The notes under the pieces were generated by a model. It was not told the DNA's origin. It saw only the letters and a list, made by a program, of their open reading frames with translations, and did not search any database. A stretch of 64,000 bases of DNA from an uncultured Candidatus Saccharibacteria bacterium (GTDB taxonomy: Bacteria; Patescibacteriota; Minisyncoccia; Phycocordibacterales; DATDWN01), in NCBI GenBank assembly GCA_964551495.1, contig CAZKCA010000005.1, positions 5,705 through 69,704 of the forward strand, in the 5' to 3' direction. How positions within the stretch are numbered: position 1 is the stretch's first letter; each line of letters opens with the position of its first letter. Shown here piece after piece: positions 19,929 through 30,735 of this stretch. The position numbers and the translations under genes are program-made.

Positions 19929-22070
19929 TTATTTCCTAGATTCTATAATTTGCTTTTCAATATTTGGTGGAACCACTTCGTAATGATCAAACTCCATCAT
20001 CGCAGATCCTCTACCTTGTGTCATAGAACGAATGTCTGTTGTATAACCAAACATTTCTGAAAGAGGAACTTTTGCATGGACAACTCTTAGTATTCCCCTC
20101 TCTTCCATACCTTCTATTTGACCTCTTTTACCCGAAAGCGAACCTGTAACATCTCCCATGAATTGCTCTGGGACAGTAGCCTCCACTTTCATAATAGGTT
20201 CAAGTATAACCGGTCTTGCTCTTTTGGCTGCATCTTGAAAAGCTTGAGAAGCGGCAATCTTGTAAGCGATTTCAGATGAGTCAACGTCGTGATAAGATCC
20301 AAAAGTAAGTTCGCAAGAAACATTTACCATTTTATACCCAGCCACAATTCCTCTCTCCATGGCTTCTTTTACACCCTTTTCTACTGCCGGGATAAATTCT
20401 TGTGGAATAACTCCTCCTTTAATAGAATCAATGAATTCAAAATCATCATATCTTTTAACATTTTTAGGAACCTTATCACCTTCAACCAAAGGTTCCATAG
20501 GTTTTAGTGTAATTTTTACGTGACCATACTGACCTTTACCTCCAGTTTGTTTGATGTATTTGTTTTCTGCTTCAGCTGTGCCTAATATTGTTTCTCTATA
20601 AGCCACCTGAGGTTTACCGACATTTGCTTCAACAGAAAATTCTCTTTTCATTCTATCTATCATGATTTCCAAATGAAGCTCTCCCATACCAGAAATAATA
20701 GTCTCTCCTGTTTCAGTATCAGAAAAGATTTTAAAGGTTGGATCTTCATCAGATAATTTTTTCAAAGCCATGCCCATTTTTTCCTGATCTGCTTTTGTTT
20801 TTGGTTCAATTCTAAGAGAAACCACTGGCTCGACGAATTTAATTGGGTCTAGAATAATAGGATTGTTTTCGTCACAAAGTGTGTGAGATGTTTTTGCTGA
20901 CTTAAGTCCAACAGCAGCCGCAATTTCTCCAGCAAAAACTTTTTTTACTTCTTCTCTTTTATCAGCTTGGAGTCTTACAATACGTCCAAGTCTTTCTTTT
21001 TCACCTGTAGTTGAGTTGTAAACATAAGTACCCGCCTCTATTGTTCCAGAATAAACTCTGAAGAATGTCAGTTGACCCACAAAAGGATCGTTTTGAAGTT
21101 TGAAAGCCAAAGCTGAAAAAGGCTCATTATCTCCCGCTTTCCTATTTGTTTCTTCTCCTGTCTTAGGATCAATACCATGAACTGGTGGAATATCTAACGG
21201 AGACGGAAGATAATCGACAACAGCATCCAAAACAAGCTGAACTCCTTTATTTTTTAGAGCTGATCCTGTCAAAACAGGTACTAGTTTTACAGCTAAAGTA
21301 GCTTTTCTTAGTGTTGCTTTTAGAGTTTCAAGATCAGGTTCTTTACCATCTAAATAGTCAGTCATAAGAGCATCATCTTGTTCTACAATTTTTTCAATAA
21401 GCTCTGCTCTGTATTTATTTGCTTCATCCAAATATTCTGCAGGAATTTCTTTTTCAACAATGTTCATTCCCATATTCCCTTCAAAATAGAAGGCTTTCAT
21501 TCTCATAAGGTCTATAACTCCCTCAAATTTATCTTCCAAACCAATAGGAATTTGGATTCTAACTGCATTTTTATTCAAACGGTCTAAAATAGATTGGTAT
21601 GATCTTTCAAAAGATGCGCCTGTTCTATCTAGCTTGTTTATGAAACAGATTCTTGGCACGTTTCCGTCATCAGCATATCTCCAGTTTGTTTCTGATTGTG
21701 GTTCTACTCCTGCCACACCATCAAAAACCACAACAGCACCGTCTAATACCCTTAGAGATCTTTTCACTTCAGCTGTAAAGTCAATGTGTCCTGGAGTATC
21801 AATAACATTGAATCTGTATTCTGGCTTGGCACCTTTTTCTTTGTATGTAGGGTTCCAAAAACAAGTAATGGCAGCGGCTGTAATAGTGATACCTCTTTCT
21901 CTTTCCTGTTCCATCCAGTCTGTTACAGTCTCACCTTCGTGAACTTCACCTATCTTATGAGTCATTCCTGTATAGAAAAGAACTCTTTCTGATGTAGTTG
22001 TTTTACCGGCATCAATATGAGCAATGATACCGAAGTTGCGCACCTTATCTAATGAATAATCTCTGTTCAT
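19929..22070 (-). CDS. fusA: Elongation factor G
   Basis: [17 protein letters not shown] and NKLD motifs. Confidence 0.95.
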   Translation of the reverse strand: MNRDYSLDKVRNFGIIAHIDAGKTTTSERVLFYTGMTHKIGEVHEGETVTDWMEQERERGITITAAAITCFWNPTYKEKGAKPEYRFNVIDTPGHIDFTAEVKRSLRVLDGAVVVFDGVAGVEPQSETNWRYADDGNVPRICFINKLDRTGASFERSYQSILDRLNKNAVRIQIPIGLEDKFEGVIDLMRMKAFYFEGNMGMNIVEKEIPAEYLDEANKYRAELIEKIVEQDDALMTDYLDGKEPDLETLKATLRKATLAVKLVPVLTGSALKNKGVQLVLDAVVDYLPSPLDIPPVHGIDPKTGEETNRKAGDNEPFSALAFKLQNDPFVGQLTFFRVYSGTIEAGTYVYNSTTGEKERLGRIVRLQADKREEVKKVFAGEIAAAVGLKSAKTSHTLCDENNPIILDPIKFVEPVVSLRIEPKTKADQEKMGMALKKLSDEDPTFKIFSDTETGETIISGMGELHLEIMIDRMKREFSVEANVGKPQVAYRETILGTAEAENKYIKQTGGKGQYGHVKITLKPMEPLVEGDKVPKNVKRYDDFEFIDSIKGGVIPQEFIPAVEKGVKEAMERGIVAGYKMVNVSCELTFGSYHDVDSSEIAYKIAASQAFQDAAKRARPVILEPIMKVEATVPEQFMGDVTGSLSGKRGQIEGMEERGILRVVHAKVPLSEMFGYTTDIRSMTQGRGSAMMEFDHYEVVPPNIEKQIIESRK

Positions 22071-22232
22071 AAAATTAAGCAAACAAAAATAAATTGAATA
22101 AAAATTCAGTTCAAAAAGATTTGTTCCGAATACCCCACACTATATACCAAAAAGTCTTTTGTAGCAATAATCTTTCTACGACACAGTTGACTACAAGTCA
22201 AATATAAGTAACCTTAAATCTGGAGGCAGATA

Positions 22233-22538
22233 ATGACAGACAAAGAAAAAGCTTTGGGAGAGTATGGCCATTTAGTACTTCCCGATTTTTTTACATTAGA
22301 AAGAATACTTTCAGAAACCGGCAATAAAAATGTAGCCGGGAGAATGAGAGCAGTAGTTTCTCCAAAAAATGGAAATATTAGACCATTTTCTCTTTGCAGT
22401 CAGTGCAGAGGAATTGTCACAGTAGAAGATCTTATAAAATTTTTGGAGAACGGAGAAAAACTCCACAAACTTCCTGGTATCGGGAAGAAAACAGCAAATG
22501 TTTTTATTAGAATCTTAGACAATAACTCTCTTTTGTAA
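22233..22538 (+). CDS. Small helix-hairpin-helix DNA-binding protein (ComEA-like?)
   Basis: LHKLPGIGKKTANVFIRIL HhH motif. Lies on the opposite strand between rpsG and fusA. Confidence 0.45.
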   Translation: MTDKEKALGEYGHLVLPDFFTLERILSETGNKNVAGRMRAVVSPKNGNIRPFSLCSQCRGIVTVEDLIKFLENGEKLHKLPGIGKKTANVFIRILDNNSLL

Positions 22539-22584
22539 CAAAAAGGACTGGTCACCCAGTCCTTTTTCTATTTTAATTTCGTTT

Positions 22585-22695
22585 GTTTTTATTTGAGTTC
22601 AAAGCGCGAGCGCGCGTTGCGACCAAGCTGTATGAAAAATACTGCGCATGGAGCAAGCGCAAGCGAGCAACAAAGAAATCAATCAAAAATAGGCT
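22585..22695 (+). repeat. Intergenic repeat family R, copy 2
   Basis: See copy 1. Weaker partial relatives at 24381..24490, 33541..33640, 40900..41000 and 14100..14213 (shared gacgagg...tgtataaaaatac..g.g and agttcgccaaatttgaa pieces). Confidence 0.55.
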
Positions 22696-22699
22696 AAAT

Positions 22700-23170
22700 T
22701 TACCAAGCTAAGTGAGCAAAGGCCTTATTAGCTTCCGCCATCTTGTGAGTATTTTCTCTCTTCTTTACAGCTTCACCTTCATTTTTTGAAGCTAAAATTA
22801 TTTCTTCAGCTAGTTTTTCTGCCATTTCTACACCTTTTCTTGCTCTAGCAGCATCTACTATCCATTTCATAGAAAGATAGTTTCTTCTTTCTGGTCTTAC
22901 TTCCCTGGGGATCTGGTAGTTTGCACCTCCTACTCTTCTAGATCTAACTTCCATAACAGGACCTGTATTTTTAAGTGCTGTATCAAAAACTTCCATAGCA
23001 TCTTCTACTTTTGCTTTTTCTTTTACTTTATCAAAAGCTTTGTAAACTATTCCTCTAGCAGTCTCCTTTTGTCCTCTTAACATTACATAGTTAATAAACT
23101 TAGAAACTTTTTCTGAGTTATATTTAAAATCTGGCTTTACTATATTTCTATTTGTAACTTTTCTTCTCAT
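22700..23170 (-). CDS. rpsG: 30S ribosomal protein S7
   Basis: 156 aa, str-operon position. Confidence 0.9.
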   Translation of the reverse strand: MRRKVTNRNIVKPDFKYNSEKVSKFINYVMLRGQKETARGIVYKAFDKVKEKAKVEDAMEVFDTALKNTGPVMEVRSRRVGGANYQIPREVRPERRNYLSMKWIVDAARARKGVEMAEKLAEEIILASKNEGEAVKKRENTHKMAEANKAFAHLAW

Positions 23171-23177
23171 ATATCAA

Positions 23178-23597
23178 TTATTTACCACCTTCTTTAGGTT
23201 TCTTTGTACCATACTGACTTCTTCCTTTTCTTCTCTTGTCTACTCCAGTTGCATCGAGTACTCCTCTTACCACAGAGTATCTTAGACCAACATCTCTTAC
23301 CTTTCCTCCTCTAAGCATAACCACTGAGTGCTCTTGCAAAGCGTGTCCCATACCTGGAATATAAGCAGTTACTTCGTAACCATTGTTTAGTCTTACTCTG
23401 GCAATCTTTCTAATAGCTGAGTTAGGTTTCTTTGGAGTTTTTGTTGTAACTTTTGTACAAACACCTCTTTTAAAAGGAGAAGGATAATAAACCGGCCTGT
23501 TTTTTATACTATTGAAACCACGAGTCAAAGCCACAGAGCGAGGCTTTGCTTTTGTTTTACTTCTCTTTCTTTTTATTAACTGATTGATTGTTGACAT
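23178..23597 (-). CDS. rpsL: 30S ribosomal protein S12
   Basis: 139 aa with PNSA-like motifs. Confidence 0.9.
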   Translation of the reverse strand: MSTINQLIKRKRSKTKAKPRSVALTRGFNSIKNRPVYYPSPFKRGVCTKVTTKTPKKPNSAIRKIARVRLNNGYEVTAYIPGMGHALQEHSVVMLRGGKVRDVGLRYSVVRGVLDATGVDKRRKGRSQYGTKKPKEGGK

Positions 23598-23636
23598 GTG
23601 CGTAATACTCTAATACGTTTCCAAAAAAAATGCAAC

Positions 23637-23700
23637 CCCGTAGTAGATTTGTGAAGCAAATTCACTACTGGGTGCAACCCCGTAGTGAATTTACCCTTAT
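23637..23700 (-). terminator. GTAGTA-family terminator hairpin(s) downstream of the M50 gene
   Basis: ccccgtagtagattt-gtgaagc-aaattcactactggg, then a second partial copy, then T8 on the minus strand. Confidence 0.55.
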
Positions 23701-23741
23701 TAAAACAAATGAAAATAGTTAAATATTCAAAAAAACCTTAT

Positions 23742-24356
23742 TTATAGGCCTATTCCAGTTATTAAAGAAAAGAAAAAATATACTACTGGAACCATAAACC
23801 TCCACAAAAAGAAAACAAAGAATAGCAAGACAAAAATACCGTTATTTTCCAAGAAATTCCTTATTCCTACCAGGCTATAAGGTAAAAAAGAGAATAAAAT
23901 CTTTGATCCGTCCAAAGGAGGGATGGGTAGTGAGTTAAATATAGCCAATATTAAGTTTATAAATACAATAATAGTCCCTATAAAAACAAACCCGCTTCCC
24001 AAAGAAGCCAAAACCCCAAAACGCAAGAGTAGTCCAAAAAATAAAGCTAGAGTTATATTTGAAAGAGGTCCAGCAGCGGCCACAATAGCCTCTCCCCACC
24101 TTTGGTTTCTTAAATTATAAGGGTTAAACGGCACAGGTTTTGCCCAACCTATAATAAAACCACCAAAAATATAAGAAATAGCAGGAAGGATAATTGAACC
24201 AAAAAGGTCTAGGTGAACTAAAGGATTTAAAGAAAGTCGACCTTGAAACTTGGCTGTATTATCCCCTTGTAGATATGCAGCATAGCCATGAGCTACTTCA
24301 TGGATTATGACAGAAAATATAAGTATTGCTATTTGAAATATAAATTCTATGTTCAT
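23742..24356 (-). CDS. Peptidase M50 (site-2 protease family) membrane metalloprotease
   Basis: HEVAH zinc motif inside a TM helix and NSLPIPPLDG motif. Confidence 0.7.
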   Translation of the reverse strand: MNIEFIFQIAILIFSVIIHEVAHGYAAYLQGDNTAKFQGRLSLNPLVHLDLFGSIILPAISYIFGGFIIGWAKPVPFNPYNLRNQRWGEAIVAAAGPLSNITLALFFGLLLRFGVLASLGSGFVFIGTIIVFINLILAIFNSLPIPPLDGSKILFSFLPYSLVGIRNFLENNGIFVLLFFVFFLWRFMVPVVYFFFSLITGIGL

Positions 24357-24542
24357 TTGTTTAGGATAAAAAGTTTGTTGAGGCACTGTGTTTTTGGAGA
24401 CTTCGCAAGCGCGACGGCGCGAGACCGAGCAAAATTTCAGCAGAAATTTATGCGTGCTCCAAAAATACAGTACCGAGAAAAAACTTTTTATTTTCTCTTT
24501 TTATTTGCTTTTTCTAAGACTTATGTTAACATACTTAACACT

Positions 24543-24785
24543 ATGGCAAAAACATGTCCAGTAACAAATAAAGGTTCAAAAGTAGGAGGTGGCTATTCAA
24601 ACAGAACTCGTGCCACTCAATTTAACCCTACAGGAATGAAGAGAAAATACGCAAATCTTCAGAAGAAGAAAGTTTTTATTCCTGAACTAAATAAATCTAT
24701 CTCACTTGAACTTTCCACAAAAGCAATAAAGACGATTCAAAAAAACGGAGCTTACAACACACTAAAGAAAGCTGGAATAATCTAA
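24543..24785 (+). CDS. rpmB: 50S ribosomal protein L28
   Basis: MAKTCPVTNKGSKVGGGYSNRTRATQFNPTG matches the L28 pattern; starts at an internal ATG of ORF-track 24288..24785. Confidence 0.75.
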   Translation: MAKTCPVTNKGSKVGGGYSNRTRATQFNPTGMKRKYANLQKKKVFIPELNKSISLELSTKAIKTIQKNGAYNTLKKAGII

Positions 24786-24865
24786 CCCCGTAGTAGATTT
24801 TGTCATTGCTCCTTCGGAGCGTTAAAACCTATGCCAAAATTCACTACAGGGTTATTTTTTCCAAA
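24786..24865 (+). terminator. GTAGTA-family long hairpin terminator after rpmB
   Basis: ccccgtagtagatttt ... aaaattcactacaggg followed by ttatttttt. Confidence 0.55.
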
Positions 24866-25724
24866 CAAAGTTTTCTCCATCTGATATAAAAGTAATAGTG
24901 CCAAGATCATAAGTTCCCAAGACTTGTGATTTTTCTTTTTCTAAAACATCCAAAACTTCCTGGTGGGGATGTCCATAACGACTGTCTTTTTCGGCGGAAA
25001 TAATAGTGTAATCAGGAGAAACAACAGAAACAAAATCTTCTCCAGAACTTGTTTTGGATCCATGATGTCCCGCTTTCAAAATATCACTGTCCAACCTTTC
25101 TCCATAAACAGAGACAAGATAACTTTCTATACTTTTAGGTGAATCCCCAGTTAGCATTACAGAAGTTTCTCCATAAACAAGTTTTGCTACTATAGAAGCA
25201 TCGTTTATACCAAGTCCAGAAACATCTCTATCTGGGAAAAGTATTTCTATATATGCTCCCCCGCCTATATCTATTATTTGTCCTCTTCTAGCTACAACAA
25301 TTGGAATGTTTTTCTGTAAAACTTTTTCTTTTAAAAAATTATAATTTTGATTGTCTGCTGTAACACCAGACTCTATAAAAACTTTTGTTTTATACTTTCC
25401 TAAAAGTGAAATAAAACCTTCAAAATGATCCTTGTCCGGATGAGTAACAATAACCGCATCCAACGTTCTATCATACCAAGGCATTACTTTTGAAATTTCT
25501 CTTGCAACAAATCTATTTGGACCGGCGTCAATTAAAAGCTGTATCCCTGTTGGAGATTCCATGAAAATAGCATCCCCTTGTTCTACATTTAAAAAAACGA
25601 CTGTTAAAAGCCGTTGTTTATTTTGACCTAAAACCGCAAGCCAAAGTAGAATACTTAAAAACACCAAAAAAGCTAGAAAATACCATTTCAAATTAGTTTT
25701 TAGCCGAGATAGAAACTGACTCAT
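24852..25724 (-). CDS. comEC: ComEC/Rec2-related metallo-beta-lactamase domain protein (C-terminal part of a split comEC)
   Basis: N-terminal TM segment then THPDKDH...GHHGS MBL motifs; lies downstream of the competence-domain ORF 26798..28264. Confidence 0.65.
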   Translation of the reverse strand: MSQFLSRLKTNLKWYFLAFLVFLSILLWLAVLGQNKQRLLTVVFLNVEQGDAIFMESPTGIQLLIDAGPNRFVAREISKVMPWYDRTLDAVIVTHPDKDHFEGFISLLGKYKTKVFIESGVTADNQNYNFLKEKVLQKNIPIVVARRGQIIDIGGGAYIEILFPDRDVSGLGINDASIVAKLVYGETSVMLTGDSPKSIESYLVSVYGERLDSDILKAGHHGSKTSSGEDFVSVVSPDYTIISAEKDSRYGHPHQEVLDVLEKEKSQVLGTYDLGTITFISDGENFVWKK

Positions 25725-25788
25725 ATGTTATAGTATATAAACAATTTTATATTTAAAACAGAAAGATTATTATTTAATTTTAAAAGAT

Positions 25789-26379
25789 ATGCAAAAATTT
25801 GAAGAAAAAAAGTTTGATATAGGAGAATTGAAAGGATTTTCTCAAAAATCCATTGAAGAACATTTAAAACTTTATGCTGGATATGTAAAACATTCAAATC
25901 TAATATTGGAAAAAATAGAAGAATTAAAACAAGACTCGGAAAAAAACGCTTATGCCTTAGCTGAAGTCCAAAGAAGATTTGGTTTTGAATACAACGGAAT
26001 GAGAAACCATGAAGTTTATTTTGATTCCCTATCTGGTGGAGCGTCAAATATTTCGGAGGGTGAATTGAAAAAACAAATAGAAAAAGATTTTGGTTCATTT
26101 GATGGATGGCTCGGATCTTTCAAAGCAATCGCAGGAACTCGCGGTGTGGGCTGGGCAATGCTTTACTGGGACAGGAAAGATAAAAGACTTCTAAATGCTT
26201 GGGTAGATGAGCAACACTTGGGGCAACTCCAAGACTGCGCTCTTATACTCGGACTTGATATGTGGGAACATTCTTTTGTTTATGACTATCAGCCAAGTGG
26301 AAAGAAACAATATATTGAAGACTTTTTTGTGAACCTAAATTGGGAAAAAATAGAAGAAAACTTCAAGAATGCGCAGTAA
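25789..26379 (+). CDS. sodA: Fe/Mn superoxide dismutase
   Basis: GVGWAMLYWD and DMWEHSFVYDY match the GWAWL / D.WEHAYY SOD motifs. Confidence 0.8.
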   Translation: MQKFEEKKFDIGELKGFSQKSIEEHLKLYAGYVKHSNLILEKIEELKQDSEKNAYALAEVQRRFGFEYNGMRNHEVYFDSLSGGASNISEGELKKQIEKDFGSFDGWLGSFKAIAGTRGVGWAMLYWDRKDKRLLNAWVDEQHLGQLQDCALILGLDMWEHSFVYDYQPSGKKQYIEDFFVNLNWEKIEENFKNAQ

Positions 26380-26472
26380 TTTTTACTACAATATATTGTA
26401 GTAAAAATTACAGAAGTTAAAGTTTGTTGATTAGATAAACTTCACTACGATATATCGTAGTGAAGTTTTATT
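26380..26472 (+). terminator. Two tandem palindromic hairpins after sodA
   Basis: tttttactacaatatattgtagtaaaaa, then aaacttcactacgatatatcgtagtgaagtttta + tttg. Confidence 0.6.
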
Positions 26473-26521
26473 TGACTTTGTTAGAAAATAAAGTACATTT
26501 ATCTTTAGAAAGGATGTTCTC

Positions 26522-26737
26522 ATGCCTGTGATTGAAAAAAATATTGTCCACCTATCGTTCTCTCACTTATTAAGGGAAAACGAGACGGGTCAATTAGTTA
26601 ATCCTCCGGCAATAACATCAGCAATCATTGAACTACAAACCTTGATTGCGAACCTGGAGCAACTACAACAAAAAGGTTACGCACTAAAAAACGATCCTTT
26701 TGATGGAAAAGATATTGTGTATAAATTTGAGAAATAG
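26522..26737 (+). CDS. Hypothetical 71-aa protein in its own cassette
   Basis: RBS AGAAAGGA precedes the ATG. Bracketed by terminator hairpins on both sides; codon usage slightly atypical. Confidence 0.3.
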   Translation: MPVIEKNIVHLSFSHLLRENETGQLVNPPAITSAIIELQTLIANLEQLQQKGYALKNDPFDGKDIVYKFEK

Positions 26738-26753
26738 GAGTAAAACAAACAAA

Positions 26754-26800
26754 CCCGCCGCAGCCTGAACGAAACAGGCTGCGGCTTTTATTTTCTTTTA
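26754..26800 (+). terminator. Rho-independent terminator after the 71-aa ORF
   Basis: cccgccgcagcctg-aacgaaa-caggctgcgg followed by cttttattttctttt. Confidence 0.7.
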
Positions 26801-28264
26801 TGTTTTACTTAACCTATAAATCCACCAGAAGATTATTCCATACATTATAAAAACTAGGATTGGAGAAAATGCTGGAATAGTAATTGAACCAAAAGGAATT
26901 TTGTCAGACAGGTTAACTATGAAAAGTTGGTATTTCAAAAGTAAGAAAGTGAAGACTCCTGGAACAAAGGCAATGTAAGTAGAAACAAATCCTAAAATAC
27001 CAGTAATAAAACCTAAAAACATAGTCAGAGGAATAAAAGCCAAAATCAAAAGGTTTGCTGGAAGAGAAACAAAAGAAAGTGTTCCTATGGAATAAAGAAT
27101 GTAAGGTAGAACAAAAACCTGAGCAGAGATGGTAGAGGAAACAATTTCTCTTAATCCCCATTTTTCTGTTATAAAAGAAAATTTCTGAGACAAAATCGGC
27201 GAGAGAAAAATAAGTCCAGCAGTTGCCAAGACAGAGAGTTTGAAACCTGGATCAAAAGCTAAAAGCAAAGGGTTTACCAAAACCATAGCAAAAACTGTAA
27301 GTAACAGCACCTTGAAAGCCTGGTGTTCTCTATTGAACTTGTCCAGCAGCAAGACGAGTACAATCATTGTTCCTGCTCTGACAGCAGAAGTACTGGCTCC
27401 AGATAAAATAACAAATAAAATTATTCCAAAAACTCCAGAAAAAAAAGAAATATTTTTTGGTAAAAAATGAAGTGAAGAAATAATACTTTTTCCAACCACA
27501 GCTATGTTGTAGCCAGAAAGAACAACGATATGGGAAACTCCTACTCTATTAAATTTATCCAGTAAGTCTTGTCCTAAAGATCTTTTTGTTCCTAAAAGTA
27601 TTCCAGAGAGAAGTGAGCTCTCTGGCTCAGGAATAACTTTCTCCAAAGAAAAAGTGAAAGAATTTTTCAAATCAAAAAGTTTTCTTTTTACAAAATTACC
27701 GTTACCAGACGAAACAAGTTCTACTTGTGAGAATGGAGCCGTGTAAAAAATTCCTTTACTTCGCAAATATCCAACATAATTAAAAATTCTTCCTTCGTTT
27801 CCTTCAAAATCTTCTGCCTCTTTAAGTTTTATATTTAAAGATAATTCGTCGCCATATTTATATTCTGGATAAACAGAAACTATTGCAATTATTTTTTCAG
27901 AAACAGTTGTAGTAGAAACACCATCAAAAATAGTTTTAAGTTTTACGGTTAGTCTTGTGCTATTTTCACGAACATCTGGCTCATCTACCACTACCCCCTC
28001 TGCTCGCACTTCTACTTCTTCAAATTGAGCAAGTTGTGAGTCTTTATAAATTTCAGAAAAATAAACTCTCAAAGTTCCAAGACAAAAAAATACTAAAAAC
28101 AAAATTGAGTATAAAATTATCCTCTTTTGATCTGCTTCGGTTTTAAAATAAAAAAACAGAAGCAAAAAAATAAAAACAAAAAGAGCAAGTATGAAACTTG
28201 CTCCTAAATAAATATATGAACCAAACCAGACCCCGACTATAAAACTTGTTATAAAAGTAATCAT
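26798..28264 (-). CDS. comEC: ComEC/Rec2 N-terminal competence membrane channel (DUF4131 + competence domain)
   Basis: 488 aa polytopic membrane protein with a soluble OB-like insert; paired with the MBL part downstream. Confidence 0.6.
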   Translation of the reverse strand: MITFITSFIVGVWFGSYIYLGASFILALFVFIFLLLFFYFKTEADQKRIILYSILFLVFFCLGTLRVYFSEIYKDSQLAQFEEVEVRAEGVVVDEPDVRENSTRLTVKLKTIFDGVSTTTVSEKIIAIVSVYPEYKYGDELSLNIKLKEAEDFEGNEGRIFNYVGYLRSKGIFYTAPFSQVELVSSGNGNFVKRKLFDLKNSFTFSLEKVIPEPESSLLSGILLGTKRSLGQDLLDKFNRVGVSHIVVLSGYNIAVVGKSIISSLHFLPKNISFFSGVFGIILFVILSGASTSAVRAGTMIVLVLLLDKFNREHQAFKVLLLTVFAMVLVNPLLLAFDPGFKLSVLATAGLIFLSPILSQKFSFITEKWGLREIVSSTISAQVFVLPYILYSIGTLSFVSLPANLLILAFIPLTMFLGFITGILGFVSTYIAFVPGVFTFLLLKYQLFIVNLSDKIPFGSITIPAFSPILVFIMYGIIFWWIYRLSKT

Positions 28265-28956
28265 TAGAGATTATGAAATTCTTTTATTATTTCTTCCTCT
28301 TCACTTGCTGTCATTGCTTTTTTAAATCGTGCATTCTTTACCCCAGAAACTCTCCTTTTACATTCTTCCCATGTTTTATGAACTAAAACATTTCCATTTA
28401 TCATACTTACATATGAATATGCTTTATTTTTATTTTTTGGTTTTTCTTTTTCTTTTGGTATTCCCACCTCAAGATCAATTTTATAGTTTTCTTTTTTACC
28501 ATAATACAAATCGACCGGTTTATTGTCTGCAAAAGAAGTTGCTATAACATCACACCTTTCGTTACCCACTATACCAGAATGCCCTGGCAGTAAATTCCAT
28601 TTTATATTTTTCTTTTCCAAAAATGGCAAAAGTTTTTCCCAAAGATCCTGATTTAAAACTGGCTCCTTGCTAGAGGTCTTCCAACCATTTTTCTTCCACC
28701 CATAAACCCAACGAGTACTTCCAGAAAGAACATAAGCGGAATCAGTGTTTACTTCCAAATTTTTGTCTCTTGGTAATGCTTCGAGTGCAGTTATAACAGC
28801 CAAAAGTTCCATTCTATTGTTTGTTGTTTTTTCTTCTCTACCGCCAATCTCTTGAACATAATCATCTCCAGAAATTATAGCCCCAAAACCTCCTGGACCA
28901 GGATTGCCTCTAGACGATCCGTCTGTAAATATAACTACTTTGCTTGTCTTTTCCAT
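28264..28956 (-). CDS. rnhA: Ribonuclease HI with ~80-aa C-terminal extension
   Basis: VVIFTDGSSRGNPGPGGFGAII...TNNRMELLAV...DSAYV motifs. Confidence 0.85.
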   Translation of the reverse strand: MEKTSKVVIFTDGSSRGNPGPGGFGAIISGDDYVQEIGGREEKTTNNRMELLAVITALEALPRDKNLEVNTDSAYVLSGSTRWVYGWKKNGWKTSSKEPVLNQDLWEKLLPFLEKKNIKWNLLPGHSGIVGNERCDVIATSFADNKPVDLYYGKKENYKIDLEVGIPKEKEKPKNKNKAYSYVSMINGNVLVHKTWEECKRRVSGVKNARFKKAMTASEEEEIIKEFHNL

Positions 28957-28977
28957 AAAATAAGTATACCAAAATGT

Positions 28978-30693
28978 TTAATTAAAAATATCTACTATTC
29001 TAAGACGGAGCTCTGGGTAACTCTTAAAGACTGATTTTTCCATAGTAACCACAATATTTACACTAACACCTTTTTCTAGTTTTATTGCAAACTTTTCTGG
29101 AACATAAAAAAACATTATTGATGAAACTTTTTGACCTTTGCTGTTTTGAAAAATTAATTCTAAATGGTTTTTTTCTTTACCGAAAATTTTGACTTCTTTA
29201 ACCTCTACACCTTCTATTAAAAACTGTGGCTTTGGATTTTCAAAACCAAACGGAGAAAATTTTTCTATATGTTTATATGTTTCCCAATTTACATCGTCGA
29301 TTGAAATTTTTTTATCAATTAAAATTTTTTCTGAAACAATTTCATTTTGTAATTTTAAAAATGCATTATTTAATTTTTCTTCTAGATGATGAATGTTATC
29401 TACAGAAACAGAGAAACCACCCGCTCCACTATGACCACCATACTCCAAAAAAATATCTTTAGTTTTTTCCATAAGAGATACTATGTTTAAGTTTCCATTA
29501 GAACGACAAGATCCTTTTATGACAGAATCTCCGTTTACGCCTTCTCTTCCCCAAAGAAAAACTGGCCTTCCGTGTTCATCTGAGAAACTGTTTGCAACAA
29601 GTCCCAAAAGAGATGGTTTCCATTCTGGATTTCCTAAAACTAAAACTTGTTTCATCTCATAATCTCTTTTTTCAATTTTCTTTTTTATCTCTTTTATCAT
29701 ACTAGCAACCAGACCTTTCCTTTCATTATTTTTTCCATCTAAATGTTTCGCAAAAAAATCTGCTTCTACTTCATCATCAGTTGATAAAAGCTTAAAAGCA
29801 TCCATTGGTACACCCATCCTTGATGCGGCATTTATTCTTGGAGTAACCATGAAAGCAATATCATCTTCTGTTAGATTATTTTGATTAACTTTTATCAGAG
29901 ATAAAAGTTTTCTTAATCCAGGGCGCGGGGATTTTTGAAAAACTTTTAAACCATAGTGTGCCAATACCCTGTTCTCGCCCAAAAGTGGCACCATATCAGA
30001 AAGTGTAGCCAAACCAACCATATCCAGCATCCATTTTTCATGACCATCCTTCCAGTTTATTTTTGGATGTTTCACTAAAGCTTGAACTAGTTTGAAAACA
30101 ACACCTGAACCGCAAAGCATCTTTTCTGGATACTCGCAATCTTCTCTTTTTGGGTTTATAACAGCAAAAGCCTCTGGCAACTTATCTTTTGGAAGATGAT
30201 GATCAGTGATTATTACATCTAACCCACCTTTTGATGCATGTGAAACCTCATCTAAATCAGAAACTCCACAATCAATAGTTATTAATAGTTTTGCTCCTTG
30301 CGAGATTATATTATCAATAGCATCATGATTTAAACCAAAACCTTCTTCGTTTCTAAGTGGTATGTATGTGATTACATTTTTGTAATTTATTTTTTTAAAA
30401 AAATCATTTAAGACAACCGCTCCTGGAATACCATCCGCATCATAGTCACTATAGATAGCAATCAATTCTTCTTTTAGAATTGCTGAAACAATTCTTTCTA
30501 CCGCTTTATCCATATCTTTCAAAATGTATGGATCATGTATATGAGTTTCATAATTAGGATTTAAAAATCGTTCCGCCTCATCTACATTTTCAATTCCTCT
30601 GAAATATAAAAGTTCTTGAACTAATGGATTATATGCCTTTAATTCTTTTCTGATTTTTTCTGGTATTTGATCACGAAGCACATAATTTTTCAT
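28978..30693 (-). CDS. recJ: Single-stranded-DNA-specific exonuclease RecJ
   Basis: DHH motifs (DYDADG, ITIDCG, ITDHH) plus a C-terminal OB region. Confidence 0.85.
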   Translation of the reverse strand: MKNYVLRDQIPEKIRKELKAYNPLVQELLYFRGIENVDEAERFLNPNYETHIHDPYILKDMDKAVERIVSAILKEELIAIYSDYDADGIPGAVVLNDFFKKINYKNVITYIPLRNEEGFGLNHDAIDNIISQGAKLLITIDCGVSDLDEVSHASKGGLDVIITDHHLPKDKLPEAFAVINPKREDCEYPEKMLCGSGVVFKLVQALVKHPKINWKDGHEKWMLDMVGLATLSDMVPLLGENRVLAHYGLKVFQKSPRPGLRKLLSLIKVNQNNLTEDDIAFMVTPRINAASRMGVPMDAFKLLSTDDEVEADFFAKHLDGKNNERKGLVASMIKEIKKKIEKRDYEMKQVLVLGNPEWKPSLLGLVANSFSDEHGRPVFLWGREGVNGDSVIKGSCRSNGNLNIVSLMEKTKDIFLEYGGHSGAGGFSVSVDNIHHLEEKLNNAFLKLQNEIVSEKILIDKKISIDDVNWETYKHIEKFSPFGFENPKPQFLIEGVEVKEVKIFGKEKNHLELIFQNSKGQKVSSIMFFYVPEKFAIKLEKGVSVNIVVTMEKSVFKSYPELRLRIVDIFN

Positions 30694-30735
30694 AGAGTAT
30701 AGTTTATCACAAACAGAAGTGCTAAAATACTTAAT

